Shown in pieces: positions 27,444 through 35,278 of a stretch of DNA of 35,278 nucleotides. The position numbers and the translations under genes were made by a program. Within the stretch, counting starts at the first letter, position 1, and every line of letters starts with the position of its first letter. The stretch is from positions 1-35,278 of the IMG/VR virus record IMGVR_UViG_3300020519_000013, one strand, 5' to 3'. The notes beneath the pieces were generated by a model. It was not told the origin of the DNA and did no database searches. It saw only the letters and a list, made by a program, of their open reading frames with translations. Source of the stretch: a virus (lineage: Duplodnaviria > Caudoviricetes).

Positions 27444-28034
27444 ATGAATCCCGAATGGATAAAAATGTTTCAAGATTTGCAAGCTGATAGAGAATATCAA
27501 AGAGAAATAAATAAAATAATTGATCAAGAATTTAATAAAATAAAAAATGAATTCATCAACGAATTCATGAATAATCCTATTACGCAAGAGATTCAAGGCG
27601 GAATAGCTGCCACTAATATTTCAGGAACTCTTGGTGGTATAACGAATTTATACTCTTTCATAGGATTTGACGAAGGCACTGATCCAATCAAACCTATTGA
27701 AGAATTATTAAAAAAATCAGATTATAGAATCATATTTAATAATAAATCTATAGATGCAACAGTTATTTTTGACGTACCAACCGCCGCACAAATATTTGAA
27801 ATAACACCTATGCCTTGGGCAATTGGAAGAAGCTGGGCCAGAGGAATAGAAACAGGTATTTCTGGACTTGGTTATTATCTGAAAAAAACTAAAAACAGTC
27901 GCTCTGGATTAGGCGTACAATCAACAACACAACAAATAAGACCTGGAGCGGTATTCAAAAATTCTAAATATATATCAGATTTAATAAATAGATTCAATAA
28001 AGAATTAAAGCAATTAAATAAACTAAACATATGA
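27444..28034 (+). CDS. Putative neck / tail completion protein
   Basis: Position between the head-closure-like and terminator-like genes; 'WARGIETG' with a basic C-terminus. Confidence 0.4.
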   Translation: MNPEWIKMFQDLQADREYQREINKIIDQEFNKIKNEFINEFMNNPITQEIQGGIAATNISGTLGGITNLYSFIGFDEGTDPIKPIEELLKKSDYRIIFNNKSIDATVIFDVPTAAQIFEITPMPWAIGRSWARGIETGISGLGYYLKKTKNSRSGLGVQSTTQQIRPGAVFKNSKYISDLINRFNKELKQLNKLNI

Positions 28035-28891
28035 AACCCACGTTTTCACACAATGTAGTAAATAGTTTCTTTTTATGGTTTGATAATTTTTTAATGACCA
28101 AAGGAGATGCTTATAAAACATACACAACAAAATTATACAGCAATCCTGATTTCAGATTAGGTAATGGCAAAGTCGCTTACAGCTCTCCATATAAACAATG
28201 GGTATACGATAAAAGCATAACTGGAGCCACTATCCCTAGTGGATTCACGATTGATGGAACATTCAGACTAACTGGAACAAGCGGAATGGCAATTGATTTC
28301 GATAATGGACGCATTATATTTAATAGCGGAGTTTCCACTAATTTAAATATATCTGGTACATATTCTGTAAAAGAAGTTAATAGTTATGTAACTGATCAAC
28401 CTGAAGATAATTTAATTATTGAAGGTAAATATATAAATAATAGCAGATTTACTGTAATTGAAACCGGCATAATTCCATATAATCCTGTAACACCTTGTAT
28501 ATTCGCTTCTTTAGAAACCGCTCATAATACAGCTTTTGCATTTGGAGGTGAAGATGAAACTAAATGCATAATTAAAGTAGTAGCATTTTGTGAAAATCTA
28601 TATCAATTAGATGGCGTATTAAGTATTTTTGGCGATTCTTATAATGAGATTTTCAGTCTTATTCCAATGACTGCACACCCTCTTGGTGAATTTAATGAAT
28701 TGAAAACTGGCGTATATCCTACTGGATATAATTATAATTCTGTAAGCAGCGCTTATAATTCAGAAACTCTTTTTATATCTCACGTTGAAACTTCAAAAAT
28801 AAGAGACAGCGTTTTAAAAGAATTAAATCCCATATTACACATAGGATTTTTAGATTTTGAAGTAAAAGCCTATCGATATCCTAGATTATAA
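28031..28891 (+). CDS. Putative tail terminator / completion protein
   Basis: Immediately upstream of the major tube gene; 'PCIF...FAFGG' and terminal 'FLDFEV' strand pattern; ATGA overlap with the previous gene. Confidence 0.45.
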   Translation: MKPTFSHNVVNSFFLWFDNFLMTKGDAYKTYTTKLYSNPDFRLGNGKVAYSSPYKQWVYDKSITGATIPSGFTIDGTFRLTGTSGMAIDFDNGRIIFNSGVSTNLNISGTYSVKEVNSYVTDQPEDNLIIEGKYINNSRFTVIETGIIPYNPVTPCIFASLETAHNTAFAFGGEDETKCIIKVVAFCENLYQLDGVLSIFGDSYNEIFSLIPMTAHPLGEFNELKTGVYPTGYNYNSVSSAYNSETLFISHVETSKIRDSVLKELNPILHIGFLDFEVKAYRYPRL

Positions 28892-28959
28892 TTTCACAAA
28901 CAATACCAATCACTGTAAAAAATATTAACATTTTAACAATAACTAACAAATAAAAACAT

Positions 28960-30297
28960 ATGGCAAGAAATCGTGTAATTTACCAAAGTCAAGCTTTATT
29001 TATCGCTCCTAGCGCAACTGGAGTTCAAGTTAGCGGCGTAACTGCTGCCGGTACAGCAACAAGCGCATCTCCTTTCTCCCCAGTTAGCACGGGTTCACTA
29101 GCATCCGGTATTTCTCTTTTGAAAAAAATGGATCGCATTCAAAATTGTAATTTCAATTTTACAATTAATAGACAAGATATCAATGAATTCGGTAAACTAG
29201 CTCGTATCGATTCTATTGTAATGGAAGCACCAACAGTTGGACTTGATTTCAGTTATTATGTAACTGATGGATATAATGAAAGACTAATGGGCTTTAATAT
29301 TAGTGGTGCTATTGATAGCAATATAATCAATGGCGCTCAAGCAATTTCTGGACTACTAGCCGATCTACAAGGAAATAATTATTATATCTTAACTGTAGAC
29401 GAAGGCGAAGACGTAGTTGGCGGAACTTTAGCACCCTCATCAACAATAGTTGGAATAGGAAATGGATTTATTAGCGAATATAGTTTCGAAGCTAGTGTTG
29501 GAGCTATCCCAACAGCTTCTGTAACAGTTGAAGCTTTCAATATTAAATCTGATGCAAGTGAAGTTCCAGTTTCTCTAGCTTCTGCTGGCGCTCCATTAGG
29601 AAGCGTAGTAGGAGCTAATATAGTAACAATAACTGGAAATAGTCCTGCCATCGATCTTTTCGCTCAACCAGCAACTAAGTTAACTACTGTTGGTACTGCT
29701 TATAAATTAGATTATAGCAGAGATTTCACTGGAGCAATTGGAAGTGATGAAGGAGTTAATTTTACTGGATTTACAACTGGCGTTAGCACAGTTAGCGCTT
29801 TGAGACCAGGAGACATCGTTCTTTCACTTGGAACAAGCCGTGGTATGACAAAACTTTCTGATGCTCATATTCAATCATTTAGTTTCACACTTCCTCTAAG
29901 CAGAACAATTCTACAAAGACTTGGAAATACATTCGGTTTCGCAAGAGTTGTAGATGTTCCTATTAACATGGATGTTAGCATTAGCGCTATAGTTTCAGAA
30001 TTGCAAGATAAGAATCTATTTGATTCGCTAGTTAGCCAAACCAATGATCTATCTATTGTTCTAAAAGACAGCAATAGCGTTAATAAAATCAGATATGAAA
30101 TTAAGAGCGCTATATTACAATCAGAAACATATTCTGAAAATCTTGGTGATAATCAAACAGTTGATCTAACATATTCAGTCCAAATCGGTGGTGCAAATGA
30201 TACAACTGCTGGTTTGTTTATGTCTGGTAGTTATCAAAATTATCTTGACTCAATCACTTCAGGCTTCTTCAAACTTGGAACTGGTAAACTAGGTTAA
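28960..30297 (+). CDS. Probable major tail tube protein
   Basis: 445 aa, S/T/G/A-rich beta protein with two internally similar halves ('RIQNCNFNFTINRQDINEFG' vs 'HIQSFSFTLPLSRTILQRLG'); followed by a strong terminator. Confidence 0.7.
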   Translation: MARNRVIYQSQALFIAPSATGVQVSGVTAAGTATSASPFSPVSTGSLASGISLLKKMDRIQNCNFNFTINRQDINEFGKLARIDSIVMEAPTVGLDFSYYVTDGYNERLMGFNISGAIDSNIINGAQAISGLLADLQGNNYYILTVDEGEDVVGGTLAPSSTIVGIGNGFISEYSFEASVGAIPTASVTVEAFNIKSDASEVPVSLASAGAPLGSVVGANIVTITGNSPAIDLFAQPATKLTTVGTAYKLDYSRDFTGAIGSDEGVNFTGFTTGVSTVSALRPGDIVLSLGTSRGMTKLSDAHIQSFSFTLPLSRTILQRLGNTFGFARVVDVPINMDVSISAIVSELQDKNLFDSLVSQTNDLSIVLKDSNSVNKIRYEIKSAILQSETYSENLGDNQTVDLTYSVQIGGANDTTAGLFMSGSYQNYLDSITSGFFKLGTGKLG

Positions 30298-30310
30298 TAT
30301 AAAATAAAAC

Positions 30311-30346
30311 AAAAAACCCCAGTCGAAAGACTGGGGTTCTTTTTTT
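30311..30346. terminator. Bidirectional intrinsic terminator
   Basis: AACCCCAGTC-GAAA-GACTGGGGTT perfect 10-bp stem (30315-30338), A-run before and T-run after, between convergent genes. Confidence 0.92.
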
Positions 30347-30351
30347 ATCTA

Positions 30352-30864
30352 TTAAGGATTTCCATATCCATAAGGATAATAAAAATATCCTGAGCCAGTA
30401 AATATTGGCGAACCGTCTTCGCCAGCAACTTGTATAGGTGCTGCGCGATAAATATTATAAGAAGTAACTAATCTTTCCATTTCTTCTCTAGCGTCATTAG
30501 CTAATCCACGATATGTTTTAGCTAGTTCATTTTTATTTGTACGAGTGATCATCGTATCTCCTTCGCGCAAAGTTACGAAATCAACGCTTGAATCAACTCC
30601 GCGCAAAACCTGACGAGTCTTTTTTGTATAAAACTCATAAAGATACATTTGCTTATATATAGCTCTTTCTTCTTGTTGAAAAGTTCCAGTTGGAATGAAG
30701 TTGCCACTCTCTACAGCATATTGACTATATATTTTTGTATTCAACATACCAACGTTGTTGGCGAGCCAACCTGAAATATAATAAAATTGAGCATATCCAC
30801 TGTCATACTCAAATTCGTTTCCATATATTTCATCAGCTAAATCATGTACACTATAAGCTACCAT
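30352..30864 (-). CDS. Putative head-tail adaptor (connector) protein
   Basis: 170 aa, helical with 'TLREGDTMITR' hairpin and a following helix, reminiscent of SPP1 gp15/HK97 gp6-type adaptors; preceded by GTGTAA. Confidence 0.45.
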   Translation of the reverse strand: MVAYSVHDLADEIYGNEFEYDSGYAQFYYISGWLANNVGMLNTKIYSQYAVESGNFIPTGTFQQEERAIYKQMYLYEFYTKKTRQVLRGVDSSVDFVTLREGDTMITRTNKNELAKTYRGLANDAREEMERLVTSYNIYRAAPIQVAGEDGSPIFTGSGYFYYPYGYGNP

Positions 30865-30873
30865 ATATATTAC

Positions 30874-30879
30874 TTACAC
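30874..30879 (-). promoter_or_regulatory. Putative late promoter motif GTGTAA
   Basis: aGTGTAAgtaatatatATG, 9 nt upstream of ATG 30864. Confidence 0.6.
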
Positions 30880-31329
30880 TTTTTTATTCATCTTATGAAC
30901 TATTTCGTTGTAGATCATTTTAGAATAATAGTTGCTATTCTTGCTTTTGGCTTCGACATCAAACTTTTTCGGCGGTTCGAATACCTTGTTCGTATCTTCA
31001 TATCTTGATTCATCAATAGTATTCATGAAAATTATATAATTAGGATTAAACTGATCTCTAGTTTTCTGTAACGGACATACGAAATCGCAAATAATTATTT
31101 CATTATATTGGCCGTACATATCAGCCAAATCTTTCATTCTTTTAGCTTGGCGTTCGCGACCAGCTTCGCTGAAGTCCCAGTCATTGAATTGCTCACGAAC
31201 TTTGTCTGCATTTAACCAATGGCACTTATAATTACTACTTAAAAGATAAAACAAATCTGCTGCTAATGTGGTTTTACCAGATCCCGGTAAACCCATGATT
31301 AATATCTTTAAAAACGAACCAATCGGCAT
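30874..31329 (-). CDS. cysC: Adenylylsulfate (APS) kinase-like P-loop kinase
   Basis: 'ILIMGLPGSGKTT' Walker A, 'LNADKVR', 'DFSEAGRERQAKR', 'DFVCP' and 'FEPP' match the short phage-type CysC pattern. Confidence 0.8.
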   Translation of the reverse strand: MPIGSFLKILIMGLPGSGKTTLAADLFYLLSSNYKCHWLNADKVREQFNDWDFSEAGRERQAKRMKDLADMYGQYNEIIICDFVCPLQKTRDQFNPNYIIFMNTIDESRYEDTNKVFEPPKKFDVEAKSKNSNYYSKMIYNEIVHKMNKKV

Positions 31330-31339
31330 AATATATGGT

Positions 31340-32164
31340 ATGGTTGAAAAGATATTTTTTCAATGTTCATTACCCCGCAGCGGTTCAACATTGTTGCAGA
31401 ATTTACTAGCGCAAAATCCTGATTTTTACGCCACACCAACAAGTGGGTTGATCGAAATCTTTCTTAATGCCAGAAATATATATTCTACAAATATAGAATT
31501 CAAGGCTCAAGATATAAATGTTGTTGAACCAGCGTTCAAAGCTCTTTGCAAAGAAGGCATGTTCGCATACTTCAACGCCATCACCGATAAGAAATATGTT
31601 ATTGATAAGAGCAGAGGTTGGAGTGTGACTTATGACTTTTTAAACTGGTATTATCCAGAACCAAAGGTTATTGTTATGGTTCGCGATCTGCGAGCAGTAG
31701 TCGCAAGCATGGAAAAAAAGTGGCGACAACACCAAAACATAGATGCTGGTCTTCAGAACTGGAACGAACTTCGCAACACAACTGTAGATAAGCGAATCGA
31801 TTACTTTTTGTTACAAGCGCCGCCACTTGCAGTGAGTATGGATGTATTATACGACACAATCATGCGTAAGTTAAGTAAAAAGTGTTTATTTATTAAGTTT
31901 GAAAACTTTACAGCTAATCCTCAAAGAGAAATGCAGCGAGTTTATGAATATCTTGAATTGCCATTTTATCAACATGACTTTAATAATGTTGAACAAAAAA
32001 CTTTTGAAGATGATCGTATGCACATTCCTTTTGGCGATCATACAATCCAAAAAGTTATCAAGCCCGTTCCAAATGATTACATTGATGTGCTAGGCAAGCA
32101 GAACTGCGATAATATTTACAATAGATTTTCTTGGTTCTACAAAGCTTTTAGCTACGATTATTAA
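31340..32164 (+). CDS. PAPS-dependent sulfotransferase family protein
   Basis: 5'-PSB loop 'LPRSGSTLL', 'DKSRGW', 3'-PB 'MVRDLRAVVASM', 'FENFTANP'. Likely start is ATG 31340 (MVEKIFF); the track start at 31268 overlaps cysC. Confidence 0.85.
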   Translation: MVEKIFFQCSLPRSGSTLLQNLLAQNPDFYATPTSGLIEIFLNARNIYSTNIEFKAQDINVVEPAFKALCKEGMFAYFNAITDKKYVIDKSRGWSVTYDFLNWYYPEPKVIVMVRDLRAVVASMEKKWRQHQNIDAGLQNWNELRNTTVDKRIDYFLLQAPPLAVSMDVLYDTIMRKLSKKCLFIKFENFTANPQREMQRVYEYLELPFYQHDFNNVEQKTFEDDRMHIPFGDHTIQKVIKPVPNDYIDVLGKQNCDNIYNRFSWFYKAFSYDY

Positions 32165-32184
32165 TTTCTATAGATACAAAAATA

Positions 32185-32190
32185 GTGTAA
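32185..32190 (+). promoter_or_regulatory. Putative late promoter motif GTGTAA
   Basis: aGTGTAAaaatatatacaaaatATG, 15 nt upstream of ATG 32206. Confidence 0.55.
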
Positions 32191-32205
32191 AAATATATAC
32201 AAAAT

Positions 32206-32487
32206 ATGAGCGATCCAGTATTCCCAATTATTAATCTACCAAATGCAGTAGAAATCCAACAAGCTGCCAATAGCAGCCAAATCGAAATCCTCCAAACGAC
32301 TGATGACCCAGTTGGCAAGACCGTAAAGAGCTTGGTAAAAATATCTACCAATCCTTATGCTCACAATTGGTATACCGTTTGGTCTGGCGACACTTATGAT
32401 CAGGCTGGTCAATGGACAGATGCTGAACTATCTGCCGCCGTTGTCGCTTTAGTGATGGCAGAATATCCTCCAGCTTTGACGCGATAA
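32206..32487 (+). CDS. Small hypothetical protein, probably late/virion-associated
   Basis: 93-aa acidic ORF ('WSGDTYDQAGQWTD'); preceded by GTGTAA and followed by a hairpin. Confidence 0.65.
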   Translation: MSDPVFPIINLPNAVEIQQAANSSQIEILQTTDDPVGKTVKSLVKISTNPYAHNWYTVWSGDTYDQAGQWTDAELSAAVVALVMAEYPPALTR

Positions 32488-32522
32488 TAGCTGTAGAAAA
32501 TAATACTAAAGTAACATAAAAT

Positions 32523-32554
32523 ACCTCAAGGACATATTGTTCTTGAGGTTTTTT
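32523..32554 (+). terminator. Intrinsic terminator-like hairpin
   Basis: ACCTCAAGGACA-TAT-TGTTCTTGAGGT stem (one G-U pair) followed by a T-run. Confidence 0.7.
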
Positions 32555-33319
32555 ATGGCTGATAAAAAGAAAGTTTTAATCGCAACTCCATCATACGACG
32601 GCAAACTTGATGTTTATTACATCGACTCACTTCTAAACACTCTATCTTTAGCAGAAAAAAATAATGTAGAAGTATATCCATTATTTATTTGTTATGACTC
32701 TCTTATTCAACGCGCCCGAAATGATTTATTTAAACTAGCTTACAGCAACGATATTGATGTGTTGTTTTTTATTGATGGTGATGTCGGCTGGAATCCATTA
32801 GACTTTTATAAGCTAGTGAATAGCGAAAAAGATTTGATTGGCGGCAGCTATAGAAAGAAGAGCGACAACGAAGAACTTTATGTAGTAAAAGCTCTCGACA
32901 AAGATAACAGCAAACTGAATCTAAGCATTGACAAAGATGGTCTTTTGGAAGTTGCTGGATTGGGTTGCGGCTTCATGAAGATTTCCCGCAAGGCTATGGA
33001 AGTTCTTTGGGAAATCTCAAAGCCTTACACATCTGAAAAGGGCGACACACGCATGGTGTTCGAAGTTGTGTGCGAAGATGGCGATCTTATCAGCGAAGAC
33101 ATTTATATGTGCAAAAAGTGGCGCAATCTTGGAAACAGCGTTTACCTTGACACAAAGATTACCTGCTCGCACACGGGTACGAAGACATTTGTCGGTGACG
33201 TAGGTAAATGGATTAATTCTTTCAAGAAACAAGAAACTTTCAATCCACAACCAGTAACAGACATTTCTAGATATTTTGCAAAGAGTGATCCAGATGACGA
33301 TTTTAAAGTTCTTGTATGA
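32555..33319 (+). CDS. GT-A fold (GT2-like) glycosyltransferase
   Basis: 'VLIATPSY', 'SLIQRARN', DxD motif 'FFIDGDV', 'GCGFMKISR', 'SEDIYMC', 'CSHTG'. Start ATG 32555 preferred over TTG 32537, which lies inside the hairpin. Confidence 0.8.
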   Translation: MADKKKVLIATPSYDGKLDVYYIDSLLNTLSLAEKNNVEVYPLFICYDSLIQRARNDLFKLAYSNDIDVLFFIDGDVGWNPLDFYKLVNSEKDLIGGSYRKKSDNEELYVVKALDKDNSKLNLSIDKDGLLEVAGLGCGFMKISRKAMEVLWEISKPYTSEKGDTRMVFEVVCEDGDLISEDIYMCKKWRNLGNSVYLDTKITCSHTGTKTFVGDVGKWINSFKKQETFNPQPVTDISRYFAKSDPDDDFKVLV

Positions 33320-34281
33320 ACGAAATTTTCGCAGATTTAATTTTGTTTGACAGTATCGGGATGTCTTATACTGGCAACACCATGCACGAAAAAGGCATGG
33401 GCGGCAGCGAATTTCAAGCCATTCTTCTTCTTGAAGAGTTGGCGAAAGAAGGATATAAAGTTATCTGCTTCAATAACTGCGAAAAAGAAATATATATAAA
33501 TAACGTATTGTATTTACCAAATGTTTTAGTAAATAAATACAAGGTAAAATGTAAAAATTTAATAATTCATAGATACAGCGACATTCCAAAGATCGCCCAC
33601 AAAAAAGCTTTCATGTGGGCAACTGATCTTAATGGCGTTCATAATCTAAAATTCTATAAATTATTTGAGGAAAAGAAGTTATCTTTAATTACTCTCAGCA
33701 AATTTCAAGACAATTTATTTCCTGATCATTGGAACAAACATATTATTTATTTTATGATTCCTGATTGGGTGTACGATTATCCAATTCCTCAAAATAAGAA
33801 AAATTATATATATGCCAGTAGTTTAATGAAAGGATATCCACATACTTTGCAGATGTGGAAATATTTAAAAGACGAAAAAATACTATCTGGCACCGATGTT
33901 TTAAATGTATGTTTGCCGGGATATGATAATCCAAAAAATGATATTACCGATGTAAATTATAATGTCAATTATATTGGTACGTTGAATTTTAAAGAAGTTG
34001 TTGAACTTATGGCAAAATGCAAAGGCATGTTTTATGTAAATATGATGCCCGAAACTTTTGGTATAAGTGTTGTATTGGCTGATATTCTTAAAACGACACC
34101 ATTTATTTATGGACTCAATTGTCTAGGATCGTTGCCAGAATTAATAAATAATAACAGCTTGACCTCTGACATGCATACATACATAAACTACTTCAAGAAT
34201 TACGCTCCAAATCAACAAAACCCAAGAAACTTTCGCCCACAAATGGTAATAAAATGGTGGAAGAAGATTTTAGAGCTTTAA
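33316..34281 (+). CDS. GT-B fold (GT4-like) glycosyltransferase
   Basis: 'GMGGSE', 'YASSLMKG', 'PETFGISVVLA'; ATGA overlap with the upstream glycosyltransferase. Confidence 0.78.
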   Translation: MNEIFADLILFDSIGMSYTGNTMHEKGMGGSEFQAILLLEELAKEGYKVICFNNCEKEIYINNVLYLPNVLVNKYKVKCKNLIIHRYSDIPKIAHKKAFMWATDLNGVHNLKFYKLFEEKKLSLITLSKFQDNLFPDHWNKHIIYFMIPDWVYDYPIPQNKKNYIYASSLMKGYPHTLQMWKYLKDEKILSGTDVLNVCLPGYDNPKNDITDVNYNVNYIGTLNFKEVVELMAKCKGMFYVNMMPETFGISVVLADILKTTPFIYGLNCLGSLPELINNNSLTSDMHTYINYFKNYAPNQQNPRNFRPQMVIKWWKKILEL

Positions 34282-34907
34282 GGTTTGATAAATAATAAAC
34301 TTTCAGCGATTAGTTCATTATTTTCATTTACTACTGATTCTATTATAGACACAAGATCAAAATTTAGACTAATCATTTTATCAATAATCTGTTGCTTCGT
34401 ACAGCCACCTTCATTATAATTAGTTATAGACACTTCTGCGATAACTACTTTGGCATTTGAGAAAGTTCGCAATCCACCGTTGATGATATCTAATTCACTA
34501 CCTTGAGTATCAATTTTTATTAGATCGAAAACATCATTAACGCAATCATCTAGTTTATAAATCGGCAACTCTTCGACTATCAAGTTTTCTTCATTGTAAG
34601 TTGAAGAATTTTCTTTGTATATAGAATTGCCTGAACAAATGGGACTCCATTTTGTTTTATAGAATTTAGTTGTACCGTTGATTTTACCAAGCAATTTTAT
34701 TTGATAATCATAAAGTTGTTTTTGGTATAACTTTTCGCACTCAGCATTTCCTTCGAATAATAATATGTTTGCCACAGGCCAGATTTGGCGCATAATGTCT
34801 GCCGTTTGACAGACGCTTGCACCAATATCTAATATTTTTTTTGGATAAAATCCATTCTGCCGCAACATTAAGCAAGTTTCTACATAATAGTCATAAGAAT
34901 AACCCAT
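34278..34907 (-). CDS. FkbM-family SAM-dependent methyltransferase
   Basis: 'ILDIGASVCQ', 'FEGN', 'KLDD', 'LIKIDTQGSELDII.GG', 'IAEVS'. Confidence 0.85.
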   Translation of the reverse strand: MGYSYDYYVETCLMLRQNGFYPKKILDIGASVCQTADIMRQIWPVANILLFEGNAECEKLYQKQLYDYQIKLLGKINGTTKFYKTKWSPICSGNSIYKENSSTYNEENLIVEELPIYKLDDCVNDVFDLIKIDTQGSELDIINGGLRTFSNAKVVIAEVSITNYNEGGCTKQQIIDKMISLNFDLVSIIESVVNENNELIAESLLFIKP

Positions 34908-34927
34908 GACTATTATATAAAAAAAGC

Positions 34928-35278
34928 TTAACCATTAAAGCTTGGCATTGGGGGAAATGGCGGTAAAGAAATGTTAGGAGCAGAAGTTGGAATCGTAGGC
35001 CAAACAGCTTGAGTGATATCGGGGATATCAAGCACACTTCTTAACTGTTGTCTAAAAGTTTTAAAATCATTTTTAGCAACATCAGAGATTGGCGCATCAC
35101 TTAATTGCGTAAAATCAGTTAAAAGAAGATACTGATCTCTTGTCATTCTTATACTAGATTTGATTCTATTGATTCTTATTTCTTCTTCTGATGGTGTAAC
35201 GTCAACTACAGTATAATTTTCTTGGCATGTTTTATTTTGTGTGTTTAGCGTCCATGATGTTTCTATTTTTTGATGAAT
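34928..35278 (-). CDS. Phage tail fibre assembly chaperone-like protein; partial, starts beyond right edge
   Basis: 'RDQYLLLTDFTQLSDAP...FRQQLR...WP' motif of phage tail assembly chaperones. The frame stays open from 35146 to the window end (IHQKIETSWTLN...), so the 72-aa track ORF is probably N-truncated. Confidence 0.75.
   Translation of the reverse strand: MHQKIETSWTLNTQNKTCQENYTVVDVTPSEEEIRINRIKSSIRMTRDQYLLLTDFTQLSDAPISDVAKNDFKTFRQQLRSVLDIPDITQAVWPTIPTSAPNISLPPFPPMPSFNG

Noticed and set aside
29382-33934. Short ORFs at 29382, 29871, 30735, 31674, 31899, 32148, 33017 and 33752
   Set aside because: Antisense or out-of-frame overlaps of well-supported genes.
34278-34281. Convergent genes sharing the TTAA stop palindrome
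   Set aside because: Real, but a common compaction feature in AT-rich phage genomes.
1-35278. Alternative genetic code (stop codon reassignment)
   Set aside because: The standard code gives long, tightly abutting ORFs covering nearly the whole window.
1-35278. Diversity-generating retroelement, invertase shufflon, tRNA or integrase
   Set aside because: No reverse transcriptase, recombinase, template/variable repeat pair or cloverleaf recognised; intergenic gaps are too short to hold them.

Overview
AT-rich segment of a large tailed dsDNA bacteriophage (Caudoviricetes, siphovirus-like), standard genetic code, almost fully coding. Left ~27 kb, minus strand: a lambda-like tail module. It holds two putative tail assembly chaperones, a 2931-aa tape measure protein (TMP), two tail-tube-fold paralogues, fibre/lectin-like proteins, gpM-, gpL-, gpK-, gpI- and gpJ-like tip proteins, and an FN3-containing fibre that runs off the left edge. 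A divergent plus-strand block encodes neck/tail-completion proteins and the probable major tail tube protein. The right end is an accessory cluster: APS kinase, sulfotransferase, two glycosyltransferases, an FkbM methyltransferase and a tail fibre chaperone. The most striking feature is inside the TMP: seven G(F/Y)(I/V)PNF-type repeats, also conserved as ~20-bp DNA direct repeats, delimit unrelated globular cassettes, at least two with PD-(D/E)XK nuclease-like motifs. This suggests a modular payload array carried in the tail and injected with the DNA. A GTGTAA(A) motif, resembling the T4 late promoter, lies 8-9 nt upstream of five structural start codons that lack Shine-Dalgarno sites. All product calls come from motif recognition and gene order; no database search was run.
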